This document shows, piece after piece, positions 6,448-10,422 of a stretch of 10,422 nt of DNA. The stretch covers positions 1 to 10,422 of the forward strand of contig JBGCDR010000218.1 in the NCBI GenBank assembly GCA_045105515.1, given 5' to 3'. The stretch comes from Oligoflexales bacterium (GTDB taxonomy: Bacteria > Bdellovibrionota_B > Oligoflexia > Oligoflexales > Bog-1112). Under the pieces are notes generated by a model. That model saw nothing but the letters and a program-made list of their open reading frames with translations, was not told the DNA's origin and ran no database searches. The position numbers and the translations under genes are program-made. The first letter of the stretch is position 1. Every line of letters begins with the position of its first letter.

Positions 6448-9110
6448 AATTAACTTTACTGAGCTTAGGTCTTCACTTAGTCAGCGGATTCATGGGTCCT
6501 AACCCAAAGCTTATGAATCGGTTTGTAAACCCTATAACAGTAGACAGAAGTACTACGCCATCATTCCAACATTCAGAAAAAAATCAAGTGCTGAGCATTT
6601 TTTCTTTTAAAGAATCTCATATACCTCTATTTGGAGATGCTAGATCAGATAATTTCGCCCATGAACTAACAGATGAAGAGCTTAGGAAAAAGCTTAATAG
6701 GTTGGAAAGTCTTGCAAAAACTCTTACCGGAGACAAAACCCTAAGCTTAGAATCTGGCGATTCTTGGGCATATAAATCAGACACAAATACTCTTGTTTTT
6801 CCCCGAGCAGATTTGGACTCCATTTCGGAGGAAGCAGCAATTGCTCTCATCGCTCGCGAATCCGGTCATCGTCAATACACTAGCTATCCTCCTGAGGTAG
6901 CTCACAACCCAGCTTTTAAACTTCTTTTCAATACTATTGAGCAAATCAGAATTAATCGATATATGTCAGGTCGCCACCTTGGCTATCATCCTCTAGCATT
7001 CCTTGCTTTCAGACAGTTTCAGGCTGCGGCCAATCAAGTGCCACAAGCAAATGAGCCGCCTCATAAGCAGTTTTGCCTTGGACTCATTGATCAAAGTTTC
7101 GGTCAAAAAAATACACGATGGGCTCAATCTCCACGAGTTAAAAATGCACTTCAGCAAGTTAGAAGTTACGTTGAAGAAGCTACCGAACTTCCCATAGATC
7201 CTAGGGAGATGTTAATAAAAGGTCTATCACCTGAACAAATCATCTCCAGCTCGGAAACAAGCTATGAAATCATCAAAAATAAGATATGGCCAGTTTTCCA
7301 AAGCCTACTAGAGTCAGAATCACAACAAAAGCCTGAGCAGAATTCGGCTAATAGCAACCCTAGTGATGGAAGCCCTGGTGATGGAAGTCCTAGTGATGGA
7401 AGTCCCAGTGATGGAAGTCCCAGTGATGGAAGTCCCAGTGATGGAAGTCCCAGTGATGGAAGCCCTAGTGATGGAAGCCCTAATGATGGAAGCCCTAATG
7501 ATGGAAGTCCTAGTGGTGGAAGTCCCAGTGATGGAAGCCCTAGTGATGGAAGCCCTAGTGGTGGAAGTCCTAGTGGTGGAAGTCCCAGTGATGGAAGCCC
7601 TAGTGATGGAAGCCCTAGTGATGGAAGCCCTAGTGGTGGAAGTCCTAGTGGTGGAAGTCCCAGTGATGGAAGCCCAAGCGAGAGAAGCTCTCAAGGTTCT
7701 AATTCACCTGGGCAGGTAGCTAACAATGAGCAAAATCAGGATTTGGGAGAAATTGCTAAGGAATTACAGCAACAATGGGATCAACTTAGCTCTGAGCAAC
7801 AAAGACAAATTGAAGATCTCGCAAGAGAGTTAGAGAGCAAACTTGGAGAGGCGGATCCCAATAACCTTGAAAATCCTCAACAAAATAGTCAGTCAGAAAA
7901 TAAGCCAACACAGGCAGAAAGTAGCAATCAACCTGCTAGTCCATCAGATGGAGACCAGCCCGAGGATACCCAGGCTGGTGAGGGACAAGACAGTGACAAT
8001 AGCGAACAAGCGGGTGAGGGTGATGGACAGCCAGGTGAGGGTGATGGGCAGCCAGGTGAGGGAGATGGGCAGCCAGGTGAGGGTGATGGACAGCCAGGTG
8101 AGGGTGATGGGCAGCCAGGTGAGGGAGATGGGCAGCCAGGTGAGGGAGATGGGCAGCCAGGTGAGGGAGATGGGCAGCCAGGTGATGGACAAAGTTCAGC
8201 AAGCGATGGTGAAAGAATCAACACTGACTCCATTTCTATTGTAGATTCTGATGAAGGTGCTGGCGGTAATGAAGAAGGCTATCAGCAACACGCAGATAAC
8301 CATCAAAAACTCATGGAAATGATCGAAGAATTCAAACGCCGCAATAACATGCAAAATATCCCAGACTCTTACGAATCCCTTAAAATGCGCAATAAGCAGT
8401 TAATTGACGAGTTAAGTGAAGAGGTTCGTCATATATTCGAAGATGACTCTGAACCCCAATTAGAAGGAGACTACCGTTCAGGCATCTATAATCTCCAAAA
8501 AGCCATTGAATCAAAGGCTCGATCCCAAGCAACCGGTCACAAAGACGACAAAATTTTCTTAAGAAAAAATCATCCCGAGGAAAAAAGTGTAGAGCTTGTC
8601 ATTTGTCTCGATACTTCTGGAAGCATGAGTGGAGAATGCATAACTTACGCTAAGGATGCTGTGGTAGTAGTAGCGGAGATGGCGAATGAGCTCAAGTTTC
8701 CTTGGGGTCTCCTAACCTTTTCAAATAGTGTGGACCTGCTCAAAGAACTCCAAAAATCTGAGAAAGAACATAACTGGGAGCAGGCCCTCGTGGATGCTGA
8801 TGCCAGTGGTGGAACCGATGATTTTGCCGCTCTGGAAAAAGCGGTAGAAATGTTCACAGAATCAGATTCTGAAGCAGAAAAGAAAATAATTCTCTTTATG
8901 ACTGACGGTTCAGGAAACAACAGGCAAAAAGAATATGTAAAACAAATGCAAGAGGAAGGGTATTGGGTAATTGGTATAGGTATTGGCCAGGGGACATCGT
9001 ACGTTGCTGAAACCTATGACCGCTCTGTATATGTTCCAAAAGTGGAAGAACTCCCTTTAGAATTAGCACAGCTTATGCTTGAGCTGCTTAGGGAAGGTAC
9101 TCATAAATGA
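6444..9110 (+). CDS. vWA (MIDAS) domain protein with CobT/midasin-tail-like architecture: leader, degenerate zincin-like N-domain, acidic repeat linker, C-terminal vWA
   Basis: MIDAS DTSGS (8610-8624), Thr in GGTDD (8814-8816) and Asp in MTDG (8904-8906). Long D/E/S/G/P/Q-rich linker from about 7305 to 8330. N-domain motifs RESGH and NTIEQIRIN. Coupled to an AAA gene, as in MoxR-vWA operons. Confidence 0.9.
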   Translation: MKLTLLSLGLHLVSGFMGPNPKLMNRFVNPITVDRSTTPSFQHSEKNQVLSIFSFKESHIPLFGDARSDNFAHELTDEELRKKLNRLESLAKTLTGDKTLSLESGDSWAYKSDTNTLVFPRADLDSISEEAAIALIARESGHRQYTSYPPEVAHNPAFKLLFNTIEQIRINRYMSGRHLGYHPLAFLAFRQFQAAANQVPQANEPPHKQFCLGLIDQSFGQKNTRWAQSPRVKNALQQVRSYVEEATELPIDPREMLIKGLSPEQIISSSETSYEIIKNKIWPVFQSLLESESQQKPEQNSANSNPSDGSPGDGSPSDGSPSDGSPSDGSPSDGSPSDGSPSDGSPNDGSPNDGSPSGGSPSDGSPSDGSPSGGSPSGGSPSDGSPSDGSPSDGSPSGGSPSGGSPSDGSPSERSSQGSNSPGQVANNEQNQDLGEIAKELQQQWDQLSSEQQRQIEDLARELESKLGEADPNNLENPQQNSQSENKPTQAESSNQPASPSDGDQPEDTQAGEGQDSDNSEQAGEGDGQPGEGDGQPGEGDGQPGEGDGQPGEGDGQPGEGDGQPGEGDGQPGEGDGQPGDGQSSASDGERINTDSISIVDSDEGAGGNEEGYQQHADNHQKLMEMIEEFKRRNNMQNIPDSYESLKMRNKQLIDELSEEVRHIFEDDSEPQLEGDYRSGIYNLQKAIESKARSQATGHKDDKIFLRKNHPEEKSVELVICLDTSGSMSGECITYAKDAVVVVAEMANELKFPWGLLTFSNSVDLLKELQKSEKEHNWEQALVDADASGGTDDFAALEKAVEMFTESDSEAEKKIILFMTDGSGNNRQKEYVKQMQEEGYWVIGIGIGQGTSYVAETYDRSVYVPKVEELPLELAQLMLELLREGTHK
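7359..7673 (+). repeat. Coding VNTR, 21 x 15 bp (CCYAGTGATGGAAGY consensus; PSDGS/PSGGS/PNDGS/PGDGS)
   Basis: 315 bp counted as 21 units, in frame within the vWA gene. Confidence 0.97.
8013..8180 (+). repeat. Coding VNTR, 8 x 21 bp (GGTGAGGGWGATGGRCAGCCA; GEGDGQP)
   Basis: 168 bp counted as 8 units that differ only at synonymous positions. Confidence 0.97.
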
Positions 9111-9121
9111 TGGCTTCATTT

Positions 9122-9883
9122 TCAATCCCCTATACCCCTATCGGAGCTTGGCAGTGTTAAAGTCAGAACTAAAGGTGGCTCTATCCCAAAATCTAAGGGT
9201 ATTCTGGGAACATCATCGCAAATGATTCCCAGTCCCTGCTTTTGCAATGGTTGGGCCATGGAATCTAAGTATTTACCAAGCTTTATTCCCCAGATTTGTA
9301 GCCTTAGAAACTTCTTTATAAGGAAAGTCGGGGCTTTTATCCCCTTTTCTAAAGACATTTTTTCATAGACTGGAGCGAGCTTTGCAGAGCGGCCTATAGA
9401 CTCGAGCAAATGTCGCTGCATACAATGATAGTGAGGCTCTGATTCTATCTCTCTTATTGCGAGGATTACCGTATTTAATAATTCTGAATAACTGTTGCTA
9501 AGATTAGCATTAAGCGAACTAATCAAACCGTATGTATCTAAACTCTGTTTTGGATCACCATGTGGAACCAAGGAATCAGACAGACTCGGGCTTAGAGCCA
9601 TGGAAACAAATTCAGAGCACATCAATGGAACCCCTTGTTCTTGCCATAATTTTGCCCGCCAATCAAACCACTTAGCACTGACCCATGTCAAACGCTCAAA
9701 CCAAATAAGTGTATTTGAAACCTTCCTAGATGTACCTCCTGACTGCTGTGCATACAATTCACGCCTGTCTTTATTTAGATCAATCGCTTCTCTAAGATGT
9801 TTGGTAAAACAGTCTCGCTGTCCTGTTTCTGCATAACTTGAGCTCGCCAATACAAAATATAGATATAGAATAAATAACTTCAT
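9122..9883 (-). CDS. Secreted hypothetical protein with a two-fold internal repeat and 4 Cys
   Basis: Sec-type leader MKLFILYLYFVLASSSYA|E. Repeated CxxxHLxExI ... DxxAxxxQxQGxxxxC units. Confidence 0.8.
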   Translation of the reverse strand: MKLFILYLYFVLASSSYAETGQRDCFTKHLREAIDLNKDRRELYAQQSGGTSRKVSNTLIWFERLTWVSAKWFDWRAKLWQEQGVPLMCSEFVSMALSPSLSDSLVPHGDPKQSLDTYGLISSLNANLSNSYSELLNTVILAIREIESEPHYHCMQRHLLESIGRSAKLAPVYEKMSLEKGIKAPTFLIKKFLRLQIWGIKLGKYLDSMAQPLQKQGLGIICDDVPRIPLDFGIEPPLVLTLTLPSSDRGIGD

Positions 9884-9960
9884 AAACTACCCATAAGTGA
9901 AAATCCCTTTCAAGAAGGATGTAAGAGAAGGTAGGGTGTATTCTATTTAAAATTAAGCAT

Positions 9961-10242
9961 TCATCGTTCTACAACAAATTCATCAAAGCCTTTTAGCTTA
10001 TTTTCACTCACCTCAATGGAAACAATATTTTCCGACATCTGTGTTTTCAATTTACTTATAAATGCCTCTATTTCAGAGCGCTTCCCTTCCACCTCAAGCC
10101 ATACAGAACCATCAGGTTCATTCCGCACAAATCCAGCTACCGCATGTTCTTTCGCAATTTGAACGCTGGTAAAACGAAAACCAACTCCCTGAACTCTCCC
10201 TTTAAACTTATAAGAATGGTGGATAAACTCCAGCGCTTTCAT
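9961..10242 (-). CDS. acyP: Acylphosphatase
   Basis: Signatures GRVQGVGFR and GFVRNEPDGSVWLEVEG, 93 aa. SD GAGGAG (10253-10248) lies 5 nt before ATG 10242; the ORF track start is TTG 10245. Confidence 0.95.
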   Translation of the reverse strand: MKALEFIHHSYKFKGRVQGVGFRFTSVQIAKEHAVAGFVRNEPDGSVWLEVEGKRSEIEAFISKLKTQMSENIVSIEVSENKLKGFDEFVVER

Positions 10243-10422
10243 CAATACTCCTCATACTTTATAAAGCTACCATATTCTTTCCTATATAGTGTCTGGTCGG
10301 AAACTAAATTCTTGCCTTTGCAACTCAGTTTTTTTTATCGCGGTTGAAATTAATTTTAAAAAATCTTCTTATTTTCCAGTGATAAGTGAAAAATACCATA
10401 TTTTCGGCAATTAAATATCTTC

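Noticed and set aside
7359..8180. Tandem repeats as a CRISPR array
   Set aside because: The units are contiguous with no unique spacers, are multiples of 3, are in frame within a CDS, and no cas genes are present.
8013..8180. GEGDGQP as a collagen-like repeat
   Set aside because: The period is 7 residues, not Gly-X-Y.
7320..8244. Alternative-frame and antisense ORFs over the repeats (7320-7694, 7363-7719, 7843-8244, 7928-8233, 7936-8202, 7944-8192)
   Set aside because: They are by-products of stop-free 15- and 21-bp repeats. Variation in the 21-bp array is silent in the vWA frame.
2662..9110. Naming the pair cobS/cobT, norQ/norD, cbbQ/cbbO, ravA/viaA or MDN1
   Set aside because: Two AAA modules, a long N-terminal region, export-like leaders and the absence of pathway genes do not fit the bacterial systems. 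True midasin has six modules in one chain.
9111..9121. Terminator between the convergent vWA and secreted-protein genes
   Set aside because: The gap is only 11 bp and no GC hairpin with a U-tract is seen.
1151..10347. Other short overlapping ORFs (1151-1402, 4077-4280, 5587-5820, 6617-6850, 7003-7197, 8645-8920, 9495-9836, 10144-10347)
   Set aside because: They are shadows of well-supported genes and have no recognisable motifs.
9893..10392. Direct repeat ATAAGTGAAAA at 9893 and 10382 flanking acyP
   Set aside because: It is short and AT-rich, and there is no integrase or transposase, so it is likely chance.
1..10422. Eukaryotic origin of the contig
   Set aside because: SD sites at 2648, 6430 and 10248, ATGA coupling, dense intron-free genes and a bacterial-type acyP indicate a prokaryote.
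10325..10422. Open minus-strand frame at the right edge (RYLIAENMVFFTYHWK...)
   Set aside because: About 30 codons of AT-rich sequence with no motif; it cannot be distinguished from intergenic DNA.

Overview
AT-rich bacterial DNA: Shine-Dalgarno sites, an ATGA-coupled operon and no introns needed to read the ORFs. The centre is a translationally coupled two-gene + strand operon. Gene 1 (2662-6447, 1261 aa) has an unknown helical N-terminal half followed by two tandem MoxR/dynein-related (AAA_5-type) ATPase modules that resemble midasin/Rea1 modules. Gene 2 (6444-9110, 888 aa) has a degenerate zincin-like N-domain, a long acidic linker with two VNTRs (21 x PSDGS, 8 x GEGDGQP) and a C-terminal vWA/MIDAS domain preceded by a midasin-like segment. 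Together they look like a split, miniature bacterial midasin. Both proteins start with similar signal-peptide-like leaders (Phe at residue 16, then F-x-x-P-x-P), which is unexpected for an ATPase. A Rho_N/HeH-like module appears inserted in the first AAA module. Divergently upstream are a lipid-droplet-associated hydrolase (LDAH)-like alpha/beta hydrolase and a class I SAM methyltransferase. Convergently downstream are a secreted protein with a two-fold Cys-paired internal repeat and acylphosphatase (acyP). No rRNA, tRNA, CRISPR or mobile element was recognised. Family assignments come from motif recognition and recall, not from database searches.
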